Shown piece by piece: positions 1 to 13,093 of a stretch of DNA of 64,000 nucleotides; position 1 is the first letter of the stretch, and each line of letters opens with the position of its first letter. The notes under the pieces were generated by a model. That model searched no databases. It was given only the letters and a program-made list of their open reading frames with translations, and had not been told where the DNA came from. Origin of the DNA: the human T2T-CHM13v2.0 reference genome, Homo sapiens. Location of the stretch: the NCBI RefSeq assembly GCF_009914755.1, contig NC_060926.1, one strand, 5' to 3'. A program made the translations under genes and the position numbers.

Positions 1-159
1 GAAAAGATTCAAATGAAAAAGAAAAGCAAAAAAAAAAGCATGCTGAAGAACAAAATAACATTGCAAAAATAAAATATGTCTAAATATATATGTAAGGATC
101 ATCTGTAGAAGCTGGGATTGCATAGTGCCTGGAGTAAGGCTTCTGGATCCCAGCCAGGA

Positions 160-262
160 GATGGGGAACCTGGGGCCATAAGAGGTGAAATGATGAGTTA
201 TCCAAGTCATGCAGCTAATTAAGTGGCAGAACTGGGATTAGAACTCAGGTTTCCTGCCTCCT
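160..262 (-). mobile_element. MIR SINE core fragment
   Basis: gatggggaacctggggccataagaggt...gcagctaattaagtggcagaactgggattagaactcagg matches the reverse complement of the MIR core. Confidence 0.65.
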
Positions 263-274
263 AAGAATGTTAAA

Positions 275-741
275 ATCAACCTTTGGAAGCAAACCTCCAG
301 TGCCTTCTTAAAGCATATCATCAGAAGACCAGTTGTGGTAAAATTAAATCCTGGAGTGAATTATTGAGGGGACCTGGCTTGCCTGGATGACTGCTCGAAT
401 ATAGCCCTGAGAAGGCAGAGGAATATGTAAGTGGACAACCGAAGAGTAAGTATGGGTATGCATTTCTCTGAGGAAACAATGTGTCGCATATCAGTACACA
501 GGAGAGAAGGATGTGAAGACAACTAGAGAGCCACACTTTTCAGAGCTGGATATATATTTACAGATTTTTTCCTATTTTTGGTTATTTTGTGATATAATTT
601 GTCTTGTTTTATAATAGTTAATGATTTTTCACTTTTGTAAGATAAATGTATGATATTGTGGATTTAAATGTGAAGTGTTCTTTCACATTTAAGTTTTAGT
701 CATTTTCTTTTGCCTCTGTGTCAGTGTATCGAATGTTAAAA
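275..741 (+). pseudogene. LSM6: Processed pseudogene of LSM6 (U6 snRNA-associated Sm-like protein), with full CDS remnant and probable 3' UTR
   Basis: 275-516 translates as INLWKQTSSAFLKHIIRRPVVVKLNPGVNY*GDLACLDDCSNIAL-(1-nt frameshift)-EEYVSGQPKSKYGYAFL*GNNVSHISTQERRM*. This is colinear with LSM6 (MSLRKQTPSDFLKQIIGRPVVVKLNSGVDYRGVLACLDGYMNIALEQTEEYVNGQLKNKYGDAFIRGNNVLYISTQKRRM). It is intronless, the start codon is ATC instead of ATG, and two TGA stops sit at Arg codons. A T-rich UTR-like stretch follows to about 741. Confidence 0.92.
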
Positions 742-789
742 GAATTTTAGAAGATTTTATATATATGACAGAGATACAGAATAAGAATT

Positions 790-1600
790 ATTTAACATGG
801 ATTAATCTCACTTATTGAGAGGCAGAGGCTATCAAATTAAATTTTTAAAAAACAAATCCAGCTGTCTTCTGCTATAAGTGGTACTTTTAAAGCTAAACAG
901 TGTAGAAAGATAAAAATAAAGATATGCAAGGAAATATATGAAGCATGACTAGCCAAAAGAAATATTACATATATAACTTGTAAAAAAGAAAGCTGGTATA
1001 GAAAGTTGACAATTTTAGATAAAATGAATTCCAGACCAAAAACAAAGAACAAGGCAAAGCCCCACAGTAACTGGGACAAAAAAAGAATGCTGCAACATGA
1101 AAAAAGAAACAACTAAAAATAAATAATAATTATGACCTGTATTACTAAAACATATAATCTTAATATATATAAAGCTGAAAGATTTACAATAGGAAATTCA
1201 TACAACCACAGATCTGGAGACTTTAGTAGAACTCAATTATTAAGTGATGGTCTGAGCAGACAAAATGCTGGAAGTTTTTAACCCATAGAAAAACTCAAAA
1301 TATTTAAAAAAATCTATTGTACAAAATAATTTTTCTGATAATGCCTAAAACTTTGAATATCAAATTAAAAGAAAATAAAGAGCAGTATGTGTTTTGATAG
1401 TTAAGAATGTGGAAAAACTTCTCTAAGTAACCTTTGGAGTAAAAAAGCTATCATGTTAGAAATTCAAAAAGATTTACAATTAATGGCAATTTTACTGCAC
1501 AAGAAATCTATGGTATTCAGGAACATGGTACCTAGAAAATAATTATAGTTTTAAAATTATTTATTCATAAAACAAGAAAGACCCTGGGTGGGGGTGAGCT
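790..1600 (+). mobile_element. Ancient L1M ORF2 (endonuclease region) remnant
   Basis: A-rich degenerate sequence with L1-like blocks: aaacaaatccagctgtcttctgctataag, aaagctggtatag...gataaaatgaattccagacc, and ggagacttta (GDF-like). Confidence 0.55.
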
Positions 1601-1799
1601 AAGTAAAGAAGCTTCTGGTAATAATAGTATAAATCTAAGTAGAATGATGATAAACCTAACAATGGATAAGATTTTGATTTTTACTAGTTCGCAGAAAAGC
1701 AGATAAACTTTTCAAGTGTTGATAGAGATAAGAAGAAAAAGTCACTCTCATTCACATGGTTGGTAGAAGTATATATTAACTTAATATTCCAGAAGGCTG

Positions 1800-2110
1800 T
1801 TTTATAATGTGTGTATTTTAAACCGGGTATTTCTTTGAGAATACTTTTCTGGAGGAATTTTATATTAAGGAAAAAAATCAGACAAGTATATGAAAATGAA
1901 TCCTCCTTCCCAGATGAGGGCAAAGTGAAAAACGTAATGTCTAGTAAGAAAAAAAATTGGTCAGAGTCACTATATAAGATATAATACAATATTACTCAAT
2001 CATTTAAAATGGTGACATATAGCTCTATTTATTGGCATGGAACTATGTGCAAGATGTATTGCGATATAAAAAACATCAGCTTATAGAATGATACACGTAG
2101 TTTCAATTTT
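1800..2110 (+). mobile_element. L1ME-type 3' end fragment
   Basis: acttttctggaggaattttatattaaggaaaaaaatcagacaagtatatgaaaat and tttaaaatggtgacatatagctctatttattggcatggaac resemble old L1 3' ends. Confidence 0.45.
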
Positions 2111-2794
2111 GTCAAAAACCAAAACCAATATACACTCAATAGATAACATATTATTATATAAGAATTAAAGAGAAGTGGGAAATTGTACTGGCAAAAGTGC
2201 CTCTAATACTCATATCATTAGGAAAAATCAAACACATCAGCTTCACGGAATAACAAGCCCATTATAACTTGCAGGACTTTTTTCTTTCGTCACTTTTGTC
2301 ATATACTCTCCCTTATGTTTATTTGCATTGATGTAAACTGGCTGGATACCTTAGCTATTTTTTGGCCCGGATGGTTAAAAACTGTTTTCAGAGACTTACT
2401 CCTTAAGACAGTCAGATAACCTGTATATTTTTTTATCTCAGGGCCTATGAAGTAATTTCTTTTTAATATCTACCACCAAACTCTTTGGGATGCTTCTTCT
2501 ATGTTTCTGTATAGGTGTTTGTATAGCATTATTCCAGAGCAGAGCGTGGTTGCAGGGTAATTGATGACTTCAAAAATAGATTATAATTTACTTTGTTCAT
2601 TGACTAATTTCTCCATACTGGACAGATGTGTTATTTGAAGTCACGGCTCATACAATACCTGAGTTCTGTACAAAACATATTACAGTATTAATATGGTGAC
2701 TGAGAGACTGAATGAGTGAGCCAATATTTATTGGAGCCCCAATGTTGCTGATATTGTGTTCAATATATTCAAGTTGAAGAGAATGTTTTCAAAT

Positions 2795-2795
2795 A

Positions 2796-2833
<38 letters not shown>

Positions 2834-2840
2834 CACACAC
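2795..2840. repeat. (CA)n microsatellite, about 23 units with 2 interruptions
   Basis: Directly visible. Confidence 0.95.
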
Positions 2841-5593
2841 TATATTAACTGATTGATTCTGGGAATCCAAACTCTATGTACCTTGCAAATGGAATGCAGA
2901 AGTTCCTTTGAAATCTCTAAATTTTTTTTTTCATGAAAATTGTTTCGTGCAAAATCTGGTTGGGGCATATTGGCACGACACCAAAAGTCAAAGATGCTGA
3001 GAAGGCGTGAGCTGTGAGAGTTGTCTGTGCATGTTGGTGGGGCAGGGGTGAGGGTAGAAAAACAAACTTTGCTGAAGTATTAAAGAAAAAAATGTCAAAC
3101 TATGAAACTTATGCTGTGGTTTACTGTCAGCCCCACTTCTTATATCACTGCAAATAATTGAGAATTAACCAACAGTATGCTACTAGTCCAGAAAGTTATT
3201 ACATATGCCTAGGTAATTTCAGTCATATCTTTCCAAAATTAGATAAGATTTCTCTTGACGTCTATTTTGACCAACATAGTGGTTGAGCCCCCAAATTGAG
3301 TATAATTTTTAGTCATCCAAGTGTGGTTAAAATTAGTAAACACAACTGATAATTATCTTAAAGCAAAGAAAAAAAGTGGGTAAAAATTGAGATGAGAGAC
3401 CTTTCTGCAGACAGTTCATGAAAAGTCACCACTTTATTAAGAGTCCTTCTCTCAATTCTCCTTGTCTTTTTCACCTGGAATGAAATGACTCACGTGAGGT
3501 TATTTCTGCTATGGCTTATCTTTATAGGCCCAAGTACCTAAAACATCTACCTACTATATCTTTTAAGATTTTAAAACTTTATACACAGTAAAATACTGAC
3601 AACTTGGGGGTATCCTGTTGCCAGCAAAACCCCCAAGGAAGGTAATAGGCTGAACCTAAAGCAATAGGAAACCGGATGGAGATGCACGTTGCCAAGACAC
3701 TATGGTGGAAGCAGCGTATACAGGCGCTAATCCTGGCCTATCAGCATCGTCATGGCTGGTCAGTAAACAGAGCACTGGGACAAGGTCTCGCTCTGCAACA
3801 TCAAAGTGAAATCACAAAGAAGACTCCTAAAGCAACGGAGGAGTTTGCAGAGGACAAGAATAGTTATCTGTTCAATGAATATTGGCCAAAAGAATGAATG
3901 ACAAGCATAGTTGTGATTATGTATATCCAGAAGGAAAAAAGAAAACCTCAAATGGAGTTGGATCTTAAAGTTGCAAGAGAATACTGAACCCAGTAGAGTG
4001 GTATCTGGCTATCAATGACGTGAAAATGATCAAACTTCTGTTTTCAAGCAGGCAAAAATAAGAAGAATGTCCTACCACCAGCTATCAGTGGCATATTGAA
4101 CTGCCCGTTTATCAAGGGTCTCAGAGTCCTTGTTGGGAGGAAGCTGCTTGTTTGTTTGCTTGCGTGTTTCCGTCTTTCTCTTTCATCTCTGACAATGTTA
4201 GATGATGCTCAAATAACATTTGTCTTCTTTGCCCTGTGATATTTTCCATGTCTGAGGATTTCTGGCTAAAACTTTTGTTTTTTTTTTTTTAACTTTAGTG
4301 GCTCTGGTGACTATAAGATACTCAGAGGAACAAAAAGCTATCATGAATCTCAGTAGAAATGGCCCTCAGTGGGGCATGTGTGTGGATCTTTAGGGCACAA
4401 CAGAAACGGGAGGTATCTCAGGTAAGGGCAGGGAAGGGAACAGAGCCACAGAGACTCCATGTGTAAGATCGGGCTATCAATCATCAAAGGGGACCCATGG
4501 CAGAGAACGGGCTTCATGGCAGTCAGGAACATTGTAAAGAATCAACTTCACTTGGCACAAAGTGAATCTTGACGTTTTTCTGTTTCTTTCATTTTGCCCC
4601 AGTTTTAATTTAGATAACTTTATTTCCCTTCTTCAAGAAATTCAAAACAATAGAAAAATTGAGTTAGTAAGGAGGAAAAAAGTACCTTCAAAAGCAATTA
4701 CTTCAGAAATTCTTTTCTTATAGTGGCCTAAGATTTTTTTTTTTGAGTTTTTGTTTAATTAGGTTTTAAATCTTTCCTTTCTTAATTACTTCTTTTCTGG
4801 TATTAACACCTAAATATACTTCTATTCGAAGCACAAACATACAGTGATAACAATTAGCAGAATAATTACACTCTTTCTGTCAGTGTAACCTCATGGCACA
4901 GAAAGTATTACAAATCCATTTTAAAACATATTAAATGTTCATATTAATGAGGATAATAGAGAACAAGTACCAGCAAACTAAATATTGTTAATGATTTTGA
5001 GCTATTAAATTCATTACCATTTTCTTTCATAATAAAGTGGTTACTTGCTAATTAGACCTTTTTTAACTCATCATTATTGAATTCATTACATTGTGTGCAG
5101 TTAACCCTTGGAGGTCTGTGGGTGTGTGTGCACAATTAAAATCGTTTTAATACCATATTAAGGAGATATGGGGAATTCCTATGGCTTCGCAAATGGTCTT
5201 TCCATATACTTCCCTTGTGTACATTTCCTTGGCAGGATATGCTTGGAAGTTTCATGTCTGTCACTGCATTTTCACCAATACATAATATGGAAGCAGCCTG
5301 AATTCATTAGGGCTATCACCATTAGTATTTAGAATAAAAGTGCATCCTACTTGTTTCATTATAAAAATTAGACACGTGTAAAAACTAAACCTAAGCAACT
5401 AAGCAAATACTTAAAATAGTTTTAGCGCAGCCTATGATGAAAGCGCATAAGGAAATTACCTACCAACTTAAGGTCAAAGAAAAATTAATATTGACCTATG
5501 GAAGAATTATAGTCTCAGAATTTTAGGATTTGTTGTTCTATTTAAATATACTACTGCTGTTTTGCCCATACCACTAACCTTGAATAGTCCGAT

Positions 5594-5670
5594 ACACACA
5601 TGCACACACATACACACACACACACATATCATATATACACATAGGTATGCATGTGTTCACACACACACAC
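5594..5670. repeat. Degenerate (CA)/(TA) simple repeat
   Basis: Directly visible. Confidence 0.8.
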
Positions 5671-5969
5671 TGATATTGACCTGCTACTTTCTTAGATATA
5701 GTCACATTAACCTAGCTACCTGCACTTTTTCCTGTTTTTTTCTTGTGATCATATATGTATATTTTGTCATGGCTGCTAGCCTTAGGAAGACAAGGATGAC
5801 TAAGGACCAGATTTTTTTTTGCTCTATATGAGTATTTAGTGCTAAAATCTAAACTTTTATCTTAGTAGTGATGAGCTCAATTTGAAAACAAAGGTTCAGT
5901 GGGGTGGAGGGGGGTGGATCAGTGTATGAATGAGACAGGTATTAATCAGCAGACAATGATGCGCTGTGC

Positions 5970-5987
5970 GTGTGCGCATGCGCACAC
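5970..5987. promoter_or_regulatory. Perfect NRF1 consensus (TGCGCATGCGCA) inside an 18-bp palindrome
   Basis: gtgtgcgcatgcgcacac is its own reverse complement. Function cannot be shown from sequence. Confidence 0.4.
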
Positions 5988-6112
5988 ACAACCCAGATGG
6001 GCAAGGGATAGTGAGGAGCTTGGTGTTGGGGTGAGTGACAGGTAGAACATTGGCAATGTTTGCATACTTTGAGACATTGATCAGCAAAAAGAGGATAGAA
6101 GAAAGAGCTCAC

Positions 6113-6662
6113 TATGGTAGTGTATCTCTAAGATGACTGCCATCAGTTCCTTCCTTTCCAGTACATACATGCCATTCTTCCATTGAGAAGTGGAATCTAA
6201 TTCTCCTCTCCTCTTGAATCTGGGCTGGCATGAATTATGACTTGCTTAACCAACTCAATGCAGCTGAAACGTTCTTCATTTCCAAATCTAGGTCATAAGA
6301 AGATTCACCGTTTTCCCCTTGTTTTCTTAGAACTCGAATTCTGGGATAAACCACCCTCCAAACAAGAAGTCTGACTACCTTGAGACCATAATCTGTAAGA
6401 AAGCCCAACCTCTTCATTTGATGAGGCTACTTGGAGAGAGCAATAACAAATCAGTCTTAACTTGTCTCAGCCAATTCAGCTCTGGTGCTGAGGAAAAAGC
6501 CTTCAGATTACCGTGGCCTCAGCTGCCCTCCCACTGAAACCATATGAAGGGCCCCAACTGAGAACCCCAGCCAGGCTTTCAGTGCCCAGACCTGAGAGAG
6601 AACAATAAATTGTTGCTTAAAACCAAAAAACAATAGATAACACAACATTAGATAGCCAGACA
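6113..6662 (+). mobile_element. MaLR solo LTR, MLT1G-like
   Basis: Starts tatggtagtgtatctctaagatgactgcc, contains cttgaatctgggctgg and aataaattgttgct, and ends gatagccagaca. Confidence 0.8.
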
Positions 6663-6765
6663 TTGTGCATAGTCTAAGTGTAGACTTCAAACAACTTATT
6701 CTGGGGACTTAACCAATCTTCGTTTTCTTCTTTTGTAAATTTAAACAACAACAGCAAACAATTTG

Positions 6766-6900
6766 CAGAGGCACGGGGATTTCAGAACTCCAGCGGAATA
6801 CCACTGAAATGCAATACAATGTGATTATGCCCTAGAGCACTTCACGCTCTGTGAATGGTGCCTTCTGAAGTTGTGAGGCCCAACAGTCCTATCGTGGCTA
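6766..6900. mobile_element. MER91-like (hAT-Tip100) non-autonomous DNA transposon
   Basis: aactccagcggaataccactgaaat ... gtgaatggtgccttctgaagttgtg form a degenerate inverted pair typical of MER91. Confidence 0.55.
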
Positions 6901-7009
6901 ATATTTTTACAGAGCTGTACATTTAACAGGTAACATTGTCCTTGCATCTCATTTCCTTTCATGACAGGCACTGGTGGTACTTGGAACAAAAACCAAAAGG
7001 TCAAAGTGG

Positions 7010-7080
7010 ACTAGCGATTTGCTCAAAGTCACACAGCTGGTAAGTTTCAGACCCCAGATATGGACCTAGGACCAAAGCAC
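7010..7080 (-). mobile_element. MIR fragment
   Basis: gatttgctcaaagtcacacagctggtaag. Confidence 0.6.
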
Positions 7081-7159
7081 TTTCACTCTACAGTCCTAAG
7101 CGCTTGGCTGGAATGAAACAGAATTCTATGTGAGCCCTAGAGTTTTATTATCCTTCTCT

Positions 7160-7320
7160 CCTAGCTCTGATATTTAACAAATAGCTGAGCAACCTTGGAC
7201 AGTCCCTTATTACGTCTCACTTTCTGTTTCCTTATCATTAAAATGAGCTTGTAATGCCTCCCTTAAATACAGTGAGATTAAAAATGTGAAGGCACAATGG
7301 AAACTTTAAAGCTTTTTACA
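7160..7320 (+). mobile_element. MIR fragment
   Basis: ctagctctgatattta...tagctgagcaaccttggac...ctgtttccttatcattaaaatgag. Confidence 0.6.
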
Positions 7321-8482
7321 AAGGTTGGATGATGATATTATTACTTCTTTCCACTTCTACTATGACCAGAAAATAGTTAATTTTATTATAAAAAGTAAAG
7401 TCTAAGAGATGAATTAAATCAGAGAAGAGAGAGTTAGCATGATAAATAAACAGAGGAAATTTGTGGGTGAGAGGAAGAAATTAGAGGTATGTTTTGGAAG
7501 AAGTAAAAATCATTCGAGTAGGTTAATGATGACAGAGAAGGACAAGTCAGGAACATGCAGTAGTCATTGGGGAGGGATGTCTCAGAGGAAGCACTGTAGT
7601 ATGATCTCTGAGCAGGTGCTTAGCAATGGAAGGGTAGTGGGTACTAAGAAAGGGTGTCAAAGAAGTGTGCTTCAAAAGGAGGACACAGAACATAGTCCAT
7701 GACACTTAGCACATAAAAAAGTAGAATCCACTTCAATAGATCCTCTTTTACCCTGCGAGTGTCCTCTTCTCTTTCTTCCTACTCCATTAGACCCTACACC
7801 TTCTTAAAAGCCACCACCCCTTCAAATGCCCTGCCAGGCATCTTCACACTGGGTTTCAGGGAAAAAATACTTAATCAAGACATTATTTTAGATGAAGTCT
7901 TGCACGGGAGCTAAACATACACATGCGTGAGTGCACACACACACACAACCACCATAGTCACCAGTTATGAGACTAAAATGAGTGATATCTTTGTCTCATG
8001 TTTTCATCTTTCCGAGAAGAAACTATGTCCATTTTGTTGACTTGTTTCACTTATTAAACCAATTTTTTATGACAATACGAGATATACTACATCTCATTCT
8101 AATAATATAACAACACATAAAAATTCTGATTAGAGGAAAGAACAAGTTTTACTCTGCACCCTGCAGAGCTAATAAGTAAAACTATATACTCTCATAAGTA
8201 AAAACTGTCATATTCTATGTTTATAATGTGTGGAGAATTAAGAGTAAAAGTTAATGTAATTAATAGCCTCTTTTCTCTATTTGCTTTTTTTTTTTCCTTA
8301 AAGAACTGAAGCATAGAAAATATGTAAGTAAAGACTTGGATTTTGCAAATCAATATACTGAAAGAATGTAGGTCAGGTTGCTAGTCTTCTGAACGTGCTA
8401 AATGTCTCTCAAAATTACTTTTTAAAGGATCTGGGGCATGAGTTCTGTCCCTCTGTGCCTGCCCTGATAAAAGGTTATCAAC

Positions 8483-8720
8483 TCTGAATCAAGATGGCTG
8501 ACTGAACAAACGACTTTCTTCTCTTCTCTCCTCAAATCCCATCGAAATGACAAAAGAAATATAAAAATAAATCTATACCAGTTGTAGGAAGCCCACCAGG
8601 GTCCTAGATGAGTGATCAGTTAGGAAATCTGGAAGATATTTAGCAGATGGAAACTGATAGACCACAAAAGGCCCCTAACTATAGGAAATATACAACCCCC
8701 ACAGATGAAAAAAAGGATCT
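8483..8720 (+). mobile_element. Ancient L1ME-type 5' end fragment
   Basis: tcaagatggctgactgaacaaacg...ctctcctcaaatcccatcgaaatgaca carries the YY1-like CAAGATGGC start found at L1 5' ends. Confidence 0.55.
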
Positions 8721-11589
8721 CCAAGAACGATTTTTTTTTCCAGTTTTATCTCCAACAAAGTTTGAGATTAGAGACAGTTGTGGCAAAAGAAGGAGCAGGT
8801 TTGGTAACTTATTACAGGGCAAACAGCTATTCTTAGAGAAACTTTTAAATTTGGATTTCTTGCCTGGGAAGAGGATTATCCGGGCATCTCAGCTCTGTTA
8901 ATTAACGAGTAGTCATGAAGAGGTCAAGACTTTGAGTTCTGGCCTCAGTCAACTTGTGTTTGTTTCTTTTTTCATTCATTGAACAATTTGGCACCACCAG
9001 ATATTGTGCATAAACTACAGGAACCAAAATATTTTCCAGTCTATATGCGCTGACCCAAATCATGTTACCAGTTTAATCTGCCACTTCTCCTGTTTGGCGT
9101 TCATCGCATGAGCGAGACTGGTATGGCTTGGAGTGGAATATGTGTGCCCCACTTCATCTCAGAAGAACAGAATGTCACCACATAGAGCTGCTGAAGGCAC
9201 ACCAGCAGATGCAGACACAACTGTGATCTTAGATTTGTTTAATGTGTGTGTTCAAACAGCTAACAAGTCAGTTTTAGAAACATAAATTTTGACTAGCTAA
9301 AGATTTCAGAGGCAATCTGAACTTTGAAGGGAACAGGATGGTAGGATAGGAAGAAAGGATCTGCTGTTTAGCTGGTGGATATATAATTCAAGAACAAATT
9401 TAGCTGAGAAGTTATCAACACAGCAAAATAGAAAAACAGGTGTGTCCAGTGCCTTGGATTAAACATGTCTTTGTTCTACTGGAAGTTCAAATTATATGCA
9501 TAATAGGGCTGAATTTATTAAAACATGCATAACCAAAAAAATTGACAATGAAGTCTTTCCTATCAAAAGTTATCACTGGGGGGAGTTTACTTTCATTCCA
9601 ACTCTCATAGTTTCTCCCCCTCCCCCCCAAAAAATGTGTAGTATTTTAGATTAGCCTTCAGAGCTCAGGGCATATATCTATTTACACACATTCAAGTGTG
9701 ACACTTTTTTTCTTTTTAGAGTAAATTTGATTTCTTCATGTTGCCAAAAAGCATTTAGCTAAAAGTCTGGCAAATAAGATGGTTGGTTAAGCTGGTAGTA
9801 ATACTTTTGGTCAAAAATAAGACTGCTTGTGCATGTGGCTTGTAAACCAATTAAAAAGGAAAAGATTACTGCTTAATAACCACCTCTTACTCATGATTAC
9901 CAATGTTGCAGATGTTCCAATTGCCACTCACATTTCATAGTGAGTGTGAATGATCAAGAAGAAATGAAGAATGATCAAATGGATAAGAGGACACAGTAAT
10001 AAAATTATCTTTATAATCAGGAGCTGGAAGAACCATCCGACATTATTATTAAAGTACAGAATTGCATGAAGTCAAGCATCTTAATGATTGAGTCTTAGAG
10101 CTATATGATATTTGAATAAAATCATGGAACTCACATCACCCCATCCCCCCACTTCCAATCTCTCAGCACTGTTTGTGAAAAGGAATGTCATTCCAGTGTT
10201 CCATCAAAAATTTGGGACACAATAATTCTCTCTCCCCTGCACTCTATCATCTCTCCACTTTTCACACACACATACATGCACACACATACTCCTTACAGAC
10301 ATACACACATTTCTGCCAGTTACTCTTTTTGTCTTTTATTTCTTGTCCATAAAGAAAAAACAAACTTAGTCTTCTTCTTTTATTCCCTATTGTCTGTTTC
10401 CTATTCCAGTAAATTTACTCCATTTAAATCGAACGTCCCATTTGAGATATTTAATGTGTAATTTCAAACAGCCATTTTTGCCTTTGGTTCTTGAAGCCCA
10501 GATAGTCTGTTTGGGGAGGCAAATTATGCCCCTTTACAAAACATGCAGATGGAAACAACGTATTTCAATTTTTGTCTTTTTTTTTCTAAATATTTTAGTC
10601 AATAAGGGCTTGCAAATCAAGTTCAAGGTTCTTTGTTGCTTTGTGTTTCCAAAGATTTATCCAAATGCACATCATCTTTGTATGTAGTTTTGGGGTTTTG
10701 TTTGTTTGCTTGTTTTGCTCCATGATAAAATCTTCAGGTGAGGGGGCAGGCAATCCTGGAGGATAATCTGAGATTCTGGCGCTTATGCTTGGTATTTTTA
10801 AGGTCTTTTCAAGTTTCTGTAAATTCCTTCATTCTTTTAAAACTAGCCACTACATTTGAAAAGATTCACCTCTCTGAGAAGGGTGATGCCTCTCTAAAAG
10901 ATTCTACAAAAGTAGTTTACTTCTTCCTGGGACCTTCCATCCAGCAGTCCTTCTATAGAGTGGACAACAGTCAAGGGGGAGAAATAAGGTGAACCGGGTA
11001 GATAGTCACTTGCTACAAATACCTAGCTAGCTCTCTAGGGCTACTGCTAAGGGCTTGTCTCTGCTACAAGAACATATTCAGCAAGTGTTAATCTGACTAC
11101 ACATCCTAGTGAGAGGGGATTTATATGGGCAATTCCTTCTGTGCAACATTATAAACACAGCCTATTATCTCCTGACTTTCCAATTCCTAGTTCTTTTTTT
11201 TCTAATGAATGATTCATGTATTAATAATGGTAAAAATAATACTTTGCAATTATAGTATGCTCTTTTTCTCTCCAGGGTGCTCAGTGGACATTAAGTACAT
11301 AATCATTTTTTCATTCCGACTGTCCTGGGGGGTGGTTGGGAGGCATACCACTGAGGATATCAGCTTTATATTATCCTTGCTCTGCAAACACACATTTTTG
11401 TGCAAATGCCAATTTTCTGCATTCTTTAGGAGAAGGAATCTAAGATGGTTCCTCATTGCCAGGTACCAGAAAACTGAGGCAGTGTATATTGTTCAAGCTC
11501 ATTGAATTTTTAGGGTGACAGGTACCTGGGGCTGACCAGTTCAGTCTCTACTGCTGGCTGTTCCTCTACCTACTATGTAAACGCTACAG

Positions 11590-13093
11590 TGTCTTGGGCT
11601 TCAATTCGGCTTCATCCTCTTTCTTGTCTTTCTGTACTCTCTTTTGATCATGTCATCCATTAACAAAGCCTTAAATGCCATCTCTATACTAATTATTCCC
11701 AAGTTAATATACTCTAGTTTTCATTTCTCCTGGCTCATAATGTTTGGCTTCCAGATTGACCTCTCATCTTGCACATGAATTGAGCATCTCTGAATTTACA
11801 AATTTGACTCTCCCACACACCTCCCACTCCCACATCTACTCAGTTCTTTCCCTAGTGTTCCCTGCCTTAGAAAAAGGTATTGCTATGGTCTAAATGTTTG
11901 TGTACCACCCCCCACACACAAATTCATATGTTAAAATCCTAAACTCAATGATGATGGCATTAGGTGGTGGGGTCTTTGGGAAGTGATTAGGCCATAAGAG
12001 TGGAAGCCTCATGAATGGAAGTAGTGCCCTTGTAAAAGAGGCCCCAGAGAGCTGCCTTGCCCCTTCCACTATGTGAGAATGTGGGGAGAAGGTATCATCT
12101 TCCATGAACCAGGAAACAGGCCATCATCAGACACCAAATCTGCTGGGACTTTGATCTTGGACTCCCAGTCCCCACACTGTGAGAAATACATATCTGTTGT
12201 CTATAAGCTACCCAGTTTATGATACTTTGTCATAGCAGCCCAAATGGACTGATGGGTACCAATATCTGCCTAACTTAGGAGTCTCCTTAGCTCTTCCCTT
12301 TCCTTCACCTTCCTGATGTTTTCCCCATCAAGAAGTTCTATCAGTTCTGCTTCCATGGCCCTGCCCACCACTCCTACTGTGACTTATGCCACCATCTTTT
12401 GCCTGGAATACTTGAGACATCTCCTAACTGGCCTCCCTGATCCATTCTTGACACTCTGCAAACCATTTTCATAGCAACTACAGGAAATGTTCAAAGTTTG
12501 GAAATTTTTCAAAGTGACTCTCCTCTTAAAACACCTCACCCACCTACTTGATTTCCATGGAACCTAGAAGAACATGGGCTTTGAGGACTGCCAAGCCCAG
12601 AGTGGGCAGGCCCTGCCCCTCTCTGACCTCAACTCATGCCACCCTGTCCCTGCTCACTCTGCTCAAGCCACACTGCCCACCTTTTGTCTCTGCAACAAAG
12701 CAGTCTGATTCATACCTCAAAGCACCTCACCTTCTCTTCCCTCTCCTGGGAATCTTAATCTCCACATCTTCATAGTAATGCCTTTTTCTCATGTTCTGAT
12801 TTTTTTTAATTCCAAATATCACCTCATGAAGACTTTCTGGATGACCTCCTCTAATTAGTCCCACTTTCCTGTGTACTCTCTTTCATACCAACCTGTTTAT
12901 TTCATTTTGATTCTTTCTGTCTAACGTAGTTTAATTTTGTTCCATCTGTCTTCCTTCACAATCCCCTGTGATCTTTTGCATCTTTGTTATCTTTCTGTTT
13001 TCATCTTCTCAAACACTGTATGCCTCACACTAAGTTGTCAACAAATATTAACTAAATACTGATTGAATAAATGCATGAATGAATGAATGAATG
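11590..13093 (+). mobile_element. L2 LINE 3' portion, interrupted by MLT1A0
   Basis: Contains gatcatgtcatccat...aaatgccatctctatact and ctcctaactggcctccctga, and ends in the characteristic (GAAT)n tail at about 13065-13093. Confidence 0.75.
11881..12254 (+). mobile_element. MaLR solo LTR MLT1A0
   Basis: tgctatggtctaaatgtttgtgt...aaaagaggccccagagagct...tagcagcccaaatggact, flanked by ggtat/ggtac (5-bp TSD, 1 mismatch). Confidence 0.9.

Noticed and set aside
321-536. 71-aa minus-strand ORF
   Set aside because: It is the antisense shadow of the LSM6 pseudogene.
9195-9220. CTCF site at caccagcagatgcag (also GC-rich words near 52755 and 57572)
   Set aside because: Each departs from the CCASYAGRKGGC core at key positions.
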